Source: Candidatus Marinacidobacterales bacterium
GTDB lineage: Bacteria > Acidobacteriota > Vicinamibacteria > Marinacidobacterales > DATDRI01
Assembly (NCBI GenBank): GCA_965226495.1
Contig: OZ245365.1
Coordinates: 5,856,001-5,920,000, forward strand
Direction: 5' to 3'
Length of the DNA stretch: 64,000 nt
The notes beneath the pieces are model-generated. The model worked only from the letters and a program-made list of their open reading frames with translations, did not search any database and was not told the origin of the DNA. A program made the translations under genes and the position numbers. Shown here one piece after another: positions 36,548 to 46,931 of the stretch (position 1 is its first letter; each line of letters opens with the position of its first letter).

Positions 36548-37612
36548 TCAATCAGTCGCTGCGTTCTCTCGGGCTCGCTTCGCCAGCGTCGTGCCGACGA
36601 GCGCGCCCACGGTACCCGCTAAGAAACCGGCGGGAACATCGACCCCGTGGTGGTAGCGCGTGTAGACGCACGCGAGGCTCAGCCCCGCTGCAAAAAAGCC
36701 AAGGACGAGAGACGCACGCCGATGAAACGGCGCCAAACCGAAGACCATTCCCCAACTGCCCGCAACGTGCGAACTGGGGAAGCAACCTCCCGACACCGCG
36801 CCTCGTTCGATGATCCATTCGATGATCGGGGTAAAGACGATTCCCTCGAAAGGCTTGAGACCCGCCATCACTTCTGGATTCTCCCAGGGTCCTCTGGCAG
36901 GAAGCCAGGGATACCAGATGAAACAGAGAAAGAAGGCAAGCATCATGGAAGTGATGGCGCCCTCGAACCCAGGGCCGGGCTCACCCTTTGTTCCTTTAGG
37001 CTCGAACCACGCGACCGTCACCCCGCCGATTAGAATGAGGTAATACGAAAAATAGAAGGCATGCAGGATCTCGTCTTGGGGTAGTCCTTCCCAGCCTGAC
37101 ATAAGAAGCGCGGGCAGATCGCCGAAGAGCCAGCGGTCCACCGCATAGAGCTTCGGCTCGAACCAGTAAGGCGACGCGGGTGCGATCGCATTGACAGTCT
37201 GCTGGACTTCCTCGAAGTAGAGCACGACCAGGAGAAGCGGATAGCTGTATCGGAGGAATCGCGCGCCCCCGCGAACCATTTTCCGCCAAATCGGCTCATC
37301 CGGCGGAGCCAGCTCCCAGCGCGCCCCGCGCGGCGGAAGAACGAAGACCCCAAATACGACGAGGGCGTGAAGTACGAGAATGGGTAAGGGGTCGGCGATG
37401 CTGTTATAGCAAGCAAGGACGAGCAAAGCGGTCAGCACCGTGTAGAGAATGACCGCGCCATCCAACGCTGCCCAGGGTTGTATTCCTTTCCATCGAGTCT
37501 GCACAGGTTCGTCGGCCCTCGAGGCTTCGGGGTCTACTATAGCGAAACCGCCAGGAGCTCCTTCACCCGCCAGGCGGTTAGTTTGTTCTAGCAAAGGCAG
37601 ATCCTTCATCAC
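36548..37612 (-). CDS. PAP2 family membrane phosphatase/phosphotransferase (Aur1-like)
   Basis: Multiple TMs, PARGP, CFPSSHV, VYTRYHHGVDV. Confidence 0.88.
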   Translation of the reverse strand: MMKDLPLLEQTNRLAGEGAPGGFAIVDPEASRADEPVQTRWKGIQPWAALDGAVILYTVLTALLVLACYNSIADPLPILVLHALVVFGVFVLPPRGARWELAPPDEPIWRKMVRGGARFLRYSYPLLLVVLYFEEVQQTVNAIAPASPYWFEPKLYAVDRWLFGDLPALLMSGWEGLPQDEILHAFYFSYYLILIGGVTVAWFEPKGTKGEPGPGFEGAITSMMLAFFLCFIWYPWLPARGPWENPEVMAGLKPFEGIVFTPIIEWIIERGAVSGGCFPSSHVAGSWGMVFGLAPFHRRASLVLGFFAAGLSLACVYTRYHHGVDVPAGFLAGTVGALVGTTLAKRARENAATD

Positions 37613-37670
37613 ACCTCCCCGACCTCTGGTCTCGAACCGACCGGGTCGCGAATGTCTTCGAATATCCGGG

Positions 37671-37697
37671 CGGATAGATTCCTATCCGTTCGGATAG
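37671..37697. promoter_or_regulatory. Heptamer operator CGGATAG-N4-CTATCCG-N2-CGGATAG
   Basis: Three perfect heptamers in alternating orientation ~60 bp upstream of the PAP2 gene; second copy at 41460. Confidence 0.65.
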
Positions 37698-37796
37698 CGT
37701 CGTACGTCGTGCCGGTGGCGAGAAGGCCGCGCTAGAAGCGGGCTTGCACGGCCGGCAACGGGCCACATTGCAAGCGCTGTGCCGAGCTCTTGGAGG

Positions 37797-38858
37797 CTAA
37801 AATGTCCAGCCGAGTGAGGTCGCAATGCTGAAGTCGTTGCGGGAGAAGGTCTGAACGGGGGGATCGCTATCGAAGCTCTCGTAGACGTTGACGCCAAAAA
37901 AGAGATCTTTGATGAGCTCGACTCGAACGCTGCCCTCCACCCGTAGGCGGACGCGACCCCATGTCGTCAGGTTCGGAAAAACGAAGAAACGTCCCGTGAT
38001 CTCTACCTTCGGGGTGTCGTAGCTAAAGGTTTCGTACTCTAAGCCGGCGATCGCCTCGCTGCTGGTGATGAAGTCCGTGTCCACGTACTTTTCTCTTGCG
38101 ACGCCGAGGCCGCCGATGACCGAAAGATCACTTCTGGTGGATTGGTAGAGGTGACGGCCGGCGCCCCCACCAAAGAGCCCGCGGAACTCCAAACCCTGTG
38201 TCGAGCTCTGTTGGAAGGAAGAGAGGCCGAAAGCGTACCATCGAGATCCCAAAAACCATTCATAACCTAGGTCGAGAACATTACGCGTGATTCTTTCTGC
38301 GCCTTCCTGATCCTGTAAGAGCGAACTGAAGTGTGTTGTGGCCAGATACTTTCGGGTCCGATAATTCGCCTGCGCATCGAGAGCCCATTTTTCTGCGCTA
38401 TTGGCCTCGGCGAAGCTATAGCCCAAGCTGAACGACCCCTTGACGCGCTCCCAGAAGCTTTCTTCAAAAGGCTCGATCTCGACCACCCGGAGGTAATCGA
38501 CGGGCACTTTGTCGCCGATGGAAACGACATCCAGGACCTGATTCTTGTCCCCCGGCGCGAGGGAGCCGACCAACCGGAGGCCGGAGCGGAGCGCCACGGT
38601 ATAGCGGTACTGGCTGGTGACCTTCTCGATCTTTTCCCATTCGATCTCCACCGTTCCCATGGAGTCGGTGCGGACGGTCAGCTTTCCACGCTCGAGCTTC
38701 TTGATCTCGCCCGTGACGTGGTCGCCATTAATGAGAATGATGACGTCTGTCTTGGGACGTGCCTGGACGGGACTCGCCGCGAGCGCGAACAGGGCGCCGA
38801 TAGCGGCTGTACGACTGAGCCTTGACTTGAAAAGGACGTTTTTTTCCAGACTAAACAT
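37797..38858 (-). CDS. DUF481 (YdiY-like) outer-membrane barrel
   Basis: D.I.LINGDHVTGEIKKL N-terminal domain, barrel strands, C-terminal LGWTF. Confidence 0.85.
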   Translation of the reverse strand: MFSLEKNVLFKSRLSRTAAIGALFALAASPVQARPKTDVIILINGDHVTGEIKKLERGKLTVRTDSMGTVEIEWEKIEKVTSQYRYTVALRSGLRLVGSLAPGDKNQVLDVVSIGDKVPVDYLRVVEIEPFEESFWERVKGSFSLGYSFAEANSAEKWALDAQANYRTRKYLATTHFSSLLQDQEGAERITRNVLDLGYEWFLGSRWYAFGLSSFQQSSTQGLEFRGLFGGGAGRHLYQSTRSDLSVIGGLGVAREKYVDTDFITSSEAIAGLEYETFSYDTPKVEITGRFFVFPNLTTWGRVRLRVEGSVRVELIKDLFFGVNVYESFDSDPPVQTFSRNDFSIATSLGWTF

Positions 38859-39014
38859 GGGTTCCTCTGTAGATTCCGGGAGCTCCAGACGACTGTTTCC
38901 ATGGCATGGTGAAGTTTCCTACCAGAACGTGGTATTTTACCAGTGGCTCCCTGCAGTAACCGCCACCCGCGGGACTTGCTGGGTCAGTACAGATTGAGAG
39001 GAGCGAAACGAAAA

Positions 39015-39416
39015 ATGAGAAAGTACCTGATGATTCTACTTGCCGGCGGGATGCTGGCTTCCTGCAGTACTGCGACCGAGGTTAGCGAGCTCTCCGCCAT
39101 CCAAGGCGACTGGGAGTTGGTCTCCATCGGAGGGAGTCAAGTCCCGGTGCCCGCGCGCTACACGATTGTGTTCAACGCGGATGGCAGCTTCAACGCACGC
39201 AATGATTGCAATCAGTGCAGCGGCGGCTACACGACGGAAGGTAACAACATTAGCACCGGCGGCGCGGTTGCTTGCACGCGGGCTTTTTGTGCGCCTCCTT
39301 CCTTCTTTGACGAGTACGCCGCGGCTCTCTCGAGCATGTCCTCGTTTATAAGGGAAGGCGCGGAGCTCCGCATTCAATACGCCGGAGGCGTGCTGGTTTA
39401 TCGCGTAGCCGAGTAA
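39015..39416 (+). CDS. META domain (HslJ-like) lipoprotein
   Basis: Lipobox LASC, WELVSI, DCNQCSGGY, CTRAFC. Confidence 0.85.
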   Translation: MRKYLMILLAGGMLASCSTATEVSELSAIQGDWELVSIGGSQVPVPARYTIVFNADGSFNARNDCNQCSGGYTTEGNNISTGGAVACTRAFCAPPSFFDEYAAALSSMSSFIREGAELRIQYAGGVLVYRVAE

Positions 39417-39444
39417 GCACTAGCCACAACTTGGGAGTGACACC

Positions 39445-40344
39445 TTGGACCATCTGCAACGGCGTACCGACGCCGTCATTGCGGGCTACCTATTAACCAC
39501 TGCGGTCCTGGTAGCGGCGTTTCACCAGCAATTCGCGCCCTGGAAGTCGCTCGTGGCGGTCCATTTACTCGCGAGCGCCTTCATCTCCAGTCTCCGTTTT
39601 CTACCACCCAAGCTGCCGGGGGCCGTGCAATTCTTCCGCGACTGGTATCCGGTGATGGTTCTCCCTCTGCTCTACAAGGAAGTCGCGGTCTTCGCCGCAG
39701 CGTTCGGCAATTGGGGCCTCACCGCGGTTCTCCAAGACCTCGAGGTGAGCCTGTTCGCCGGTCATCCGAGCCTCTACTTGAGTGAACACCTCCCGTGGGC
39801 CCCTCTTTCAGAATATTTGCATTTCTGCTACTTCGCGTATGTGTTGATGGTTCCCGCGGTGGGAGGCTATTGGTATTACACGAAGCAGCTGACGAAATTT
39901 CGTGAGCTGGTGTTTCTCGTTTCCGTGACGTTGACGGTGAGCTACCTCTTCTTCGTCTTGTTCCCAGTGGATAGCCCCTTCTATCTCTCAGAGCCGCTTG
40001 GTGAGCCGCTCGCCGGCAACTTTTTCTACGAGTTGGTGCACTTCATGGCCGGGCAGGGCGGTGCGCGAGGTGGTGCCTTTCCCAGTTCTCACGTCTCTGT
40101 CTCGACGGTGGTCCTACTCGTGGTCTGGAACCATGACCGTCGGCTGGGTTACTTCCTGGCGCCGATCGTCGCAGGCATCTACGTGGCGACCGTCTACGGT
40201 CGTTTCCACTACGCACTAGACGTGATCGCCGGTCTCGCCCTGGCGGTTGCGATCGTGGGAAGTTATCGCGCGGTCGCCGGCCGCGAGGTGGAAGCTCGTG
40301 GTCCGACCCCGGAGGCGACGCTCACGGACAGCCCTTTGGGCTGA
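39445..40344 (+). CDS. PAP2 family membrane phosphatase, paralog of 36548
   Basis: FFRDWYP, PVDSP, AFPSSHV, VYGRFHYALDV. Confidence 0.88.
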   Translation: MDHLQRRTDAVIAGYLLTTAVLVAAFHQQFAPWKSLVAVHLLASAFISSLRFLPPKLPGAVQFFRDWYPVMVLPLLYKEVAVFAAAFGNWGLTAVLQDLEVSLFAGHPSLYLSEHLPWAPLSEYLHFCYFAYVLMVPAVGGYWYYTKQLTKFRELVFLVSVTLTVSYLFFVLFPVDSPFYLSEPLGEPLAGNFFYELVHFMAGQGGARGGAFPSSHVSVSTVVLLVVWNHDRRLGYFLAPIVAGIYVATVYGRFHYALDVIAGLALAVAIVGSYRAVAGREVEARGPTPEATLTDSPLG

Positions 40345-41392
40345 GATCGGGCCGGCCGATCCCTTCTTGGGTTCCGCACCAAGAGTACACAAGGTTGATG
40401 TCCTCGGCGGTGGGTGGAGTCACCACGCGCGCCTTCTCTTTGGTGTTGAGAACGTCGTAGAAGTCCATACGGATTCGCTTCGGGTCGATTTCCACGATCG
40501 CGAAACCGAAATTCTGCGAGAAGTGTCGCTGAGTGAGTGACGGCTGTTGTTTCGGCGGGTTGTTCTTGCCTTTGCTCTTCCCGGCCGCTCCTTGCACGAT
40601 CTGCTCGAAACCCTGCGCGGTCAGGTGCTCCTGATGATGAGCATGCCCCGCCAAGTATACGTGGACACCGCATTCTCGGATTAAAGGGTTTTCGATCAGC
40701 GCTCGCGTCCGCTCTTCTTTGGAATCTCCTCGGTGGTGTCCGCTGTTGTAGGCCGGCTGATGTCCGAAGACTAGCTTCCAACGATTGGCTTGCCTCTCCG
40801 CGCAAAGCGCCTTCTTCGCGGACGCGATTTGAAGTCCGTTCAAATCGCGCCTCTCGTCGGTATCGGTGTGAAGGGCATAAATTTGGATCCACTCCGGCAA
40901 CAGCGGAACCTCGTAGTGGAAGGTAGGGAACCGCCAGAGGGTGCTGAACTCGGAGTAGGTGAGCATGGCGGCGATCGCGTTCTTGCGATAATCGTGATTC
41001 CCCAGCGCCACCCAAAAATGAAAGCCGGGTAGGTCACGGAACGACTCGTAGGGTGCTTCGAATTTGTCATCGAACTGACGGATGATCTCTCGATAGCTCG
41101 CATCGACATTGTCTCGTGACTTCACTTCGATGCCGTCTTCGTAGATGTTGTCGCCGAGCATCAACGCAAAGTCGCACTGCCTTTCGCGGCAGACTTCGTA
41201 CATGGCCTGGCCGACGCGATACTGACCCGCCTCGCCAGTGCCCCCGTCACCGAAAACGAGGAGCACGAGCTTATCGCGATCGCTAAGGTCGGTGACGTCG
41301 AAGGGCCATGCATTTTGAATCGCGGCCAAAGCCCAGCCTGCGAAACCTACGAATAGTCCGGCCATCCCTAGAATCCACGATTTGCGTCTCAT
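40322..41392 (-). CDS. Exported metallophosphoesterase (purple/tartrate-resistant acid phosphatase-like)
   Basis: GDGG, LGDNIY, LGNHDY, GHQP, GHAH motifs; signal peptide. Confidence 0.9.
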   Translation of the reverse strand: MRRKSWILGMAGLFVGFAGWALAAIQNAWPFDVTDLSDRDKLVLLVFGDGGTGEAGQYRVGQAMYEVCRERQCDFALMLGDNIYEDGIEVKSRDNVDASYREIIRQFDDKFEAPYESFRDLPGFHFWVALGNHDYRKNAIAAMLTYSEFSTLWRFPTFHYEVPLLPEWIQIYALHTDTDERRDLNGLQIASAKKALCAERQANRWKLVFGHQPAYNSGHHRGDSKEERTRALIENPLIRECGVHVYLAGHAHHQEHLTAQGFEQIVQGAAGKSKGKNNPPKQQPSLTQRHFSQNFGFAIVEIDPKRIRMDFYDVLNTKEKARVVTPPTAEDINLVYSWCGTQEGIGRPDLSPKGCP

Positions 41393-41459
41393 TCAACTCT
41401 CCGCCTTAAAATCTTTGTACATTGTATTCCAACGCGCCGCGTCCGGGGAGCTCACCGCG

Positions 41460-41486
41460 CGGATAGCGTCCTATCCTTTTGGTTAG
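41460..41486. promoter_or_regulatory. Second heptamer operator CGGATAG-N4-CTATCCT-N2-TGGTTAG
   Basis: Same spacing as 37671-37697, ~70 bp upstream of the metallophosphoesterase start and divergent to the ABC permease. Confidence 0.6.
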
Positions 41487-41648
41487 GGCGTCCCATGGAA
41501 AGTCCACCCCGAGAGTAGGTCCGTGTCTCTCTGCTTTTCATTGAACCGTTGACGAATCATTGACTTGCGGTTCGATAGGCCTTTTTTCGAAGTCGCTACG
41601 CGGGGTGGAACAGACGTTGCAGTAGGACCGGCCGGAGGATCTGACGGA

Positions 41649-42767
41649 ATGGATAGGCTAGTCACTGCGAACATCGCCGAACGTCCCACGAGGGCGGCGG
41701 CGAGCATTCTCGGAGTTGCGATTGGGATCGTTCTCATCGTCGTCACATCGGGTCTTGCGAAGGGAATGTTGCGAAGCACCGCGGAGCGGGAAAGCAACGT
41801 GGGGGCGGAGCTTTTGTTTCAACCACCTGGCAGCTTCGGGGCCGGCGTCACCACCACGCCTCTCTCACTACCGGTGCCATACGCGGAAGCGCTTTCGAAG
41901 CTCGATGGCGTTCAGGCCGCGACGCCGGTGGGTCGTTATGTGCGAAGTGGTGCGGGTGGGATCGGTTTCGAGCTGGTAGAGGGCATCGAATTCGAATCGA
42001 CGTCCGGTCACCAGAGCTATTCGGAGATCACGGGACTCACAGTGGTCGAAGGGCGGGAGCCCGAAGGCGATTTGGAAATCGTCATCGACCGTCAGCGAGC
42101 CGCCGACGGTGAAGCCGCAGTCGGTTCGACTATCGAGCTATTCGGCCGCGACTTCACGGTGGTCGGGATCTACGAGCCGGAGATGGGCGCGCGGATAAAG
42201 ATCCCCCTCAGTTCCATGCAGGAGCTGCTGGGCACTCATGACAAGTGTTCCTCGGTCCTCATAAAGACATCCACACCGGAGATGCAGGAAGCGGTTGCGG
42301 AGCGAGTCGAGGCGAGCTTTCCCGGCAACCAGATCATCTTCACGCGAGACATCCCTTCCTTCTACGAGAAGGGGATTCCGAGCCTGACCGTGTTTCTCGA
42401 CGTGGTGCTGGGGTTGGCGGTCGCCATCAGCGGATTGGTGGTTCTCTTGGCGATGTACACCGCGGTCTCGGCGCGAACTCGAGAGATCGGGATCCTCAAA
42501 TCGCTGGGAGCTTCAAGGCGCTTCATCGTTTCCATTATCGAAAAAGAAGCCCTTGCGATCAGCGGAATCGGCGTCGTGGTAGGACTCCTGTTTTCCTTGC
42601 TGGTGGGAACGGGCATTTCGGAACTGACTTCGTTAGTAGTGAAGATGGAGCCCATTTGGGTTTTGAAGGCTGGTCTCGTAGCTTTGCTGGCCGGAGCCGT
42701 GGGCGCTCTTTATCCGGCACTTCAAGCCGCCAAGCAGGACGCGGTGGAGGCGATATCACATGATTAA
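41649..42767 (+). CDS. ABC transporter permease, MacB/FtsX family
   Basis: N-terminal TM, periplasmic domain, [14 protein letters not shown], three C-terminal TMs, GALYPA. Confidence 0.9.
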   Translation: MDRLVTANIAERPTRAAASILGVAIGIVLIVVTSGLAKGMLRSTAERESNVGAELLFQPPGSFGAGVTTTPLSLPVPYAEALSKLDGVQAATPVGRYVRSGAGGIGFELVEGIEFESTSGHQSYSEITGLTVVEGREPEGDLEIVIDRQRAADGEAAVGSTIELFGRDFTVVGIYEPEMGARIKIPLSSMQELLGTHDKCSSVLIKTSTPEMQEAVAERVEASFPGNQIIFTRDIPSFYEKGIPSLTVFLDVVLGLAVAISGLVVLLAMYTAVSARTREIGILKSLGASRRFIVSIIEKEALAISGIGVVVGLLFSLLVGTGISELTSLVVKMEPIWVLKAGLVALLAGAVGALYPALQAAKQDAVEAISHD

Positions 42768-43596
42768 GGAACTTCAGGTCGAGATGTCGAGCCCCGCTAG
42801 ATCCTGCGGGGCGTCCAGTGGGCGTTGGGTGGCACAAATCGAGCGCGGCAGGACGCCACTCGATAACTCGCCGACGGTGCTGGAGACGACTGGTCTCGAG
42901 ATGCACTACAAGATGGGGAAAGTGACGGTACCCGCCCTCCAAGGCGTAGATCTAGAGATCTTTCAGGGAGAGTTCGTTTCCATTATGGGTAGCTCTGGCT
43001 CGGGGAAGTCAACGTTGCTTCACGTCATCGGGGGGCTCTTGTCTCCCACCGGTGGCCGCGTCTTCGTTCGCGGGGAAGACATCACTTCCATGAGCGACTC
43101 TCAAAGAACGGATCTGCGGCGTAGAGAGATCGGCTTCGTCTTTCAACGATTCAACCTCTTCCCCACACTGAGCGTGGACGAAAACCTTGTGTTGGCAGAG
43201 AGAATTCATGCCGGGGGCAGTCCTCGTCACACCGGAGACCGGGCGCGGCGAAAGGAGCTTCTCGGCCTTTTGGGATTGGCCAAGAAACTCCATCACAAGC
43301 CGAGCGAGCTCTCGGGGGGGGAACAGCAGCGGGTAGCCCTGGCGCGTGCGGTGGTGAACCGCCCCTCGATTCTTCTCGCCGATGAGCCCACCGGCAACCT
43401 CGATTCGGAGAACTCGGAGATGGTTCTTGCCATGCTTCAAAAATTAAACGGGGAGCTCGGCCAGACCATCGCAATGATCACACACGACACCGAAGCGGCC
43501 AACTACTCGATGAGAATAGTTCGCATGAAAGACGGACAAATCTGTAGCGATTCGGCCGTTGAATCGCACCATGAGCGAGAAGTCTTCACCGGATGA
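42760..43596 (+). CDS. ABC transporter ATP-binding protein (LolD/MacB-like)
   Basis: [38 protein letters not shown]. Confidence 0.93.
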   Translation: MIKELQVEMSSPARSCGASSGRWVAQIERGRTPLDNSPTVLETTGLEMHYKMGKVTVPALQGVDLEIFQGEFVSIMGSSGSGKSTLLHVIGGLLSPTGGRVFVRGEDITSMSDSQRTDLRRREIGFVFQRFNLFPTLSVDENLVLAERIHAGGSPRHTGDRARRKELLGLLGLAKKLHHKPSELSGGEQQRVALARAVVNRPSILLADEPTGNLDSENSEMVLAMLQKLNGELGQTIAMITHDTEAANYSMRIVRMKDGQICSDSAVESHHEREVFTG

Positions 43597-43672
43597 CTCC
43601 ATTCACTAGTGTCCTGTATCAGTGGAATTGCTGATACGGGGCACGAGCAACAAACAACAAGGAGGAGAATAA

Positions 43673-44089
43673 ATGAAACGACAAGCTTTGATGATTCTGC
43701 TAGGAGGGGCGTTTCTTGCCGCTTGTAGCAACTCGACTTCGGTTAGCACGCTCTCCGACGTGCAGGGCGAGTGGGAGCTTCAAGCCTTCGAGCTGAATGA
43801 CGGGAGCCTCCAACAGGTTCCCAACCCGGAAAATTACACCATCCTTTTTTCAGCCGATGGAAACGCGCATGCGCAAGTGGATTGCAATGTATGCAACGGA
43901 TCCTACGAAACCGAAGGGAATTCCATCAACTTTGGTCTCATGGCTTGCACCGTAGCGGCTTGTCCCCCGGGGTCTTTGGACTCGCAGTATCAAGCCGCTC
44001 TCGGCTCGACGTCCACTTTCGTGCGATCGGGATCCGAGCTTTCGCTTGGCTATACCGGGGGCACGATGCGGTACACCATCAGCGAGTAG
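43673..44089 (+). CDS. META domain lipoprotein, paralog of 39015
   Basis: RBS AGGAGG, lipobox LAAC, DCNVCNGSY, CTVAAC. Confidence 0.87.
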   Translation: MKRQALMILLGGAFLAACSNSTSVSTLSDVQGEWELQAFELNDGSLQQVPNPENYTILFSADGNAHAQVDCNVCNGSYETEGNSINFGLMACTVAACPPGSLDSQYQAALGSTSTFVRSGSELSLGYTGGTMRYTISE

Positions 44090-44199
44090 CCGATGAATTC
44101 TCGGGAGGTTCATGCATGGCGGCCCACCCCGCCGCCTCCTCGAGGAACTTACGCCTCTCGTAGACCCGCCCACCAAGAATAATCCGCTCGACCTGCGTC

Positions 44200-44394
44200 T
44201 CACGTGCTGGGTCGAGCGAGAAGCAATACGCAGCCGAGCGTAGCAAGCCCTCCCAAGACGAGCAGGCTCAAATGCGTTCCGTCGCTAACGAAACGAACCG
44301 CGCCGTATAGGGCGAGGGCGTTACTGCAGAAATTGAACACCAGTCCCCAAACGCGGCCGGTCACCGGACCGTAGCGTTGGTCGAGGTCGATCAT
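44200..44394 (-). CDS. Small two-TM membrane protein
   Basis: ATGA overlap with the transporter stop codon; 64 aa with two hydrophobic helices. Confidence 0.65.
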   Translation of the reverse strand: MIDLDQRYGPVTGRVWGLVFNFCSNALALYGAVRFVSDGTHLSLLVLGGLATLGCVLLLARPST

Positions 44395-45752
44395 CGCACC
44401 CACCATCCGAGTCGGTTGAAGATGTAGATGAGGGCGACTCCGTTGAGCAGCGTGATCTGGAGCATGATGCCCAGATTCCAAAGATACGATTTGGAGCGGT
44501 CTTCGCCCAGGACCTTACGATCGTTCAACAGTAAATAGAACGACCAACCGACGATGTTGTTCGCCAGCGACAAGAAGGCCCCGATCGCTACCACCAGCCA
44601 AACCGGCCGGTCGTACCAGACCGCGAGAAAGCCGATCTGCGGTGCGAGCGCGCTCAGTCGCCAACGCCAAGAGCCCGTATCGGGTTCCCAACCGAACGCT
44701 TCGTGGATAGCGATGGCTCCCGCCAGACTCATGCCCACGGTCGTCGTCACCGGCACCGCCAAAAACGCCACGAAGAAAAGCGCTTGCGACCAGGTTGGTC
44801 CCAGCAGAGGCATAAGGGATCCTGCAAGCTCGGTGGCGGTTTCCGGGAAGAGCCCGACTTTATGAAGCGTTCCCGCGAAGACAGCCATGACCAAATAGTT
44901 CACAAGTACGAAGGGTAGGAAGAGCCCGAAGACGATGTCGAACCGGGCGAGGGGCTCGTGCTTTCGTCCCCAACCGCGGGCTAGTCCGGCGTACTGAAAG
45001 AAAACCCAATCCATGACACCGATCGCAGCCGCGGAAGAGGCGACGAACAGATCCACACCCTCGACCCCAGATGGAAGCCAGGGGACGAAGAGCCCACGCA
45101 GCATGGCGCTCCAATCGACTCCGACCAGCACCAGACAGATCGCGAAGCTCACCAGCATGACCCCGATGCTGATCTTCATGAAGTTCTCGACCAACTTGAT
45201 GCCGCGTTTTCCCCGTCCATAGCTCAACGTCAAGCAGGTAGTGACCGCCATGTAGAGCACCCAGTTGTATTGACGAGGGAACTCGAACCCCAACAAAGGC
45301 GTTAGCGACTCGATGAAATGCGTGCCCAAGCTGTACTGGCCCCAATTGAAGAGGATTGCGACCGCGGCGGTGCCGACCAGCGCCGTCATCAGGGAGCCAA
45401 TGATCCAACCGTGATGCTCGTTCTGGAGGGCGATGACGCGAAAACCGCGGGTGGTGAACCGTGCGCTTGCGGCCATCATGAAACAGCCCAAGCCCATGGA
45501 TACCCAGAGAAGCCACATGGTTTTGTAGCCGAAGGTGGCGCCCGAGAGCATGGCGGCGGTCAAGGTGCCCCCACCGAGGGTCAGCGCCGCATCCATGAAG
45601 CCCGGGCCCCCGAGCCGCAAGTAGCCCGGAAGTCGAGACAACCAGGGCGCCTTGTCCAGTCGGTCGAGCTCTTTGATTTCGGCCTCGAGCTCGGCAGGCG
45701 GAATGGCCTCGGCAAGGGGATAGCGCTCGGTGCCTCGCTCGGTTTGAGCCAT
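44391..45752 (-). CDS. Nramp-like (YcsG-type) secondary transporter
   Basis: GPGF..AA.TLGGGT, GATFGY..LW, ~11 TMs; lacks the DPGN metal motif. Start at ATG 45752. Confidence 0.8.
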   Translation of the reverse strand: MAQTERGTERYPLAEAIPPAELEAEIKELDRLDKAPWLSRLPGYLRLGGPGFMDAALTLGGGTLTAAMLSGATFGYKTMWLLWVSMGLGCFMMAASARFTTRGFRVIALQNEHHGWIIGSLMTALVGTAAVAILFNWGQYSLGTHFIESLTPLLGFEFPRQYNWVLYMAVTTCLTLSYGRGKRGIKLVENFMKISIGVMLVSFAICLVLVGVDWSAMLRGLFVPWLPSGVEGVDLFVASSAAAIGVMDWVFFQYAGLARGWGRKHEPLARFDIVFGLFLPFVLVNYLVMAVFAGTLHKVGLFPETATELAGSLMPLLGPTWSQALFFVAFLAVPVTTTVGMSLAGAIAIHEAFGWEPDTGSWRWRLSALAPQIGFLAVWYDRPVWLVVAIGAFLSLANNIVGWSFYLLLNDRKVLGEDRSKSYLWNLGIMLQITLLNGVALIYIFNRLGWWVR

Positions 45753-45851
45753 GGGATTGTGGGTAGTTATACCACCCTTCTTTTCCCGGTTTTGGCTTGG
45801 TGTTGGGCCACTTTGTGTTCCAAGAGGGCTTTGAACTATTCTTGACGTCCA

Positions 45852-46931
45852 ATGCCTGTATCCGAAGCAGACACCATGAGGGCGGTCGTGATTCATGAGC
45901 ACGGCGGCCCGGAAGTACTCAAGCTCGAACCGGCTTGGCAGCGACCGAAGGCCGGGCCGGGTGAGATCCGGGTCAAGATCAAAGCGTGCGCTTTGAACTT
46001 TCTGGATGTTTTCGTTCGCGAAGGGATGCCCGGCGAGCCGACACCCCTTCCTCACATTACCGGCGGTGATATTGCAGGTGTGGTCGATTCCGTGGGGGAG
46101 GGTGTGACGCGACCAGCGGTAGGCGATCGCGTGCTTCTGAATCCCACCTGGGGATGCGGCACGTGCGAGTACTGCCTCGAGGGTCAGACACCGCGGTGCC
46201 TGCGGATACACATGTTGGGCGAGGTTGAGCCCGGCGGCCTCGCGGAATATGTGGTCTGCCCCGCCGGTCAAGCGATCCTGATTCCCGCGGGTTACTCGTT
46301 CGACGCCGCCGCGTGTTTGCCGGTTACCTACGGGACCGCTTGGCGCATGGTGGTGACGCATGGGCGCGTGAAGCCGGGGGAAGTTGTATTGGTGCTGGGT
46401 GCAGGAGGCGGCGTTGCGGTAGCCGCGATGCAGATCGCGAAGCTCCTGAACGCTCGGGTCATCGCAACTGCATCCACCGCAGAGAAGCTGGCTCGGGCCA
46501 AGGAGTTCGGGGCCGACGACGTCATTAACTATGTCGAGGATGAGGAGTGGGACCAGGCTGTTCGGCGGCTCACTGGAAAACGTGGGGTGGAGGTGGTGAT
46601 CGAGTCGGTCGGTGCCGCCACTTGGGAAGGTAGCATCCGGGCGCTCGGCAAGGGGGGGCGCCTGGTAACCTGTGGTGCTACTTCGGGTCCTATCGGCCCT
46701 ACCGACATCCGCTATCTATTTCGGCGCGAGCAGAAACTTCTGGGCAGTAACGGTTGGACTCATGAGGAGCTCGAGGAAGTCACCACCCTAGCCTTCGAAG
46801 GCAAGCTCCGCCCGGTAGTGGATCGAACGCTGCCTCTCGAACGCACCGCCGAAGGAGAGATCGCTCTCGAGAAACGCGAAGTCTTCGGAAAAGTCGTCAT
46901 CCGACCGGAGAATGGAGATGCTGCCCGATAA
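45852..46931 (+). CDS. MDR-family zinc-binding dehydrogenase/reductase
   Basis: MRAVVIHEHGGPEVL, structural Zn CGTCEYC..C, GAGGGVA, FGKVVI; catalytic Zn ligands replaced (LNFLD, GGD). Confidence 0.9.
   Translation: MPVSEADTMRAVVIHEHGGPEVLKLEPAWQRPKAGPGEIRVKIKACALNFLDVFVREGMPGEPTPLPHITGGDIAGVVDSVGEGVTRPAVGDRVLLNPTWGCGTCEYCLEGQTPRCLRIHMLGEVEPGGLAEYVVCPAGQAILIPAGYSFDAAACLPVTYGTAWRMVVTHGRVKPGEVVLVLGAGGGVAVAAMQIAKLLNARVIATASTAEKLARAKEFGADDVINYVEDEEWDQAVRRLTGKRGVEVVIESVGAATWEGSIRALGKGGRLVTCGATSGPIGPTDIRYLFRREQKLLGSNGWTHEELEEVTTLAFEGKLRPVVDRTLPLERTAEGEIALEKREVFGKVVIRPENGDAAR

Noticed and set aside
45753-46361. N-terminal extension of the 656-aa ORF
   Set aside because: Overlaps the MDR gene in antisense; transporter similarity starts at ATG 45752.
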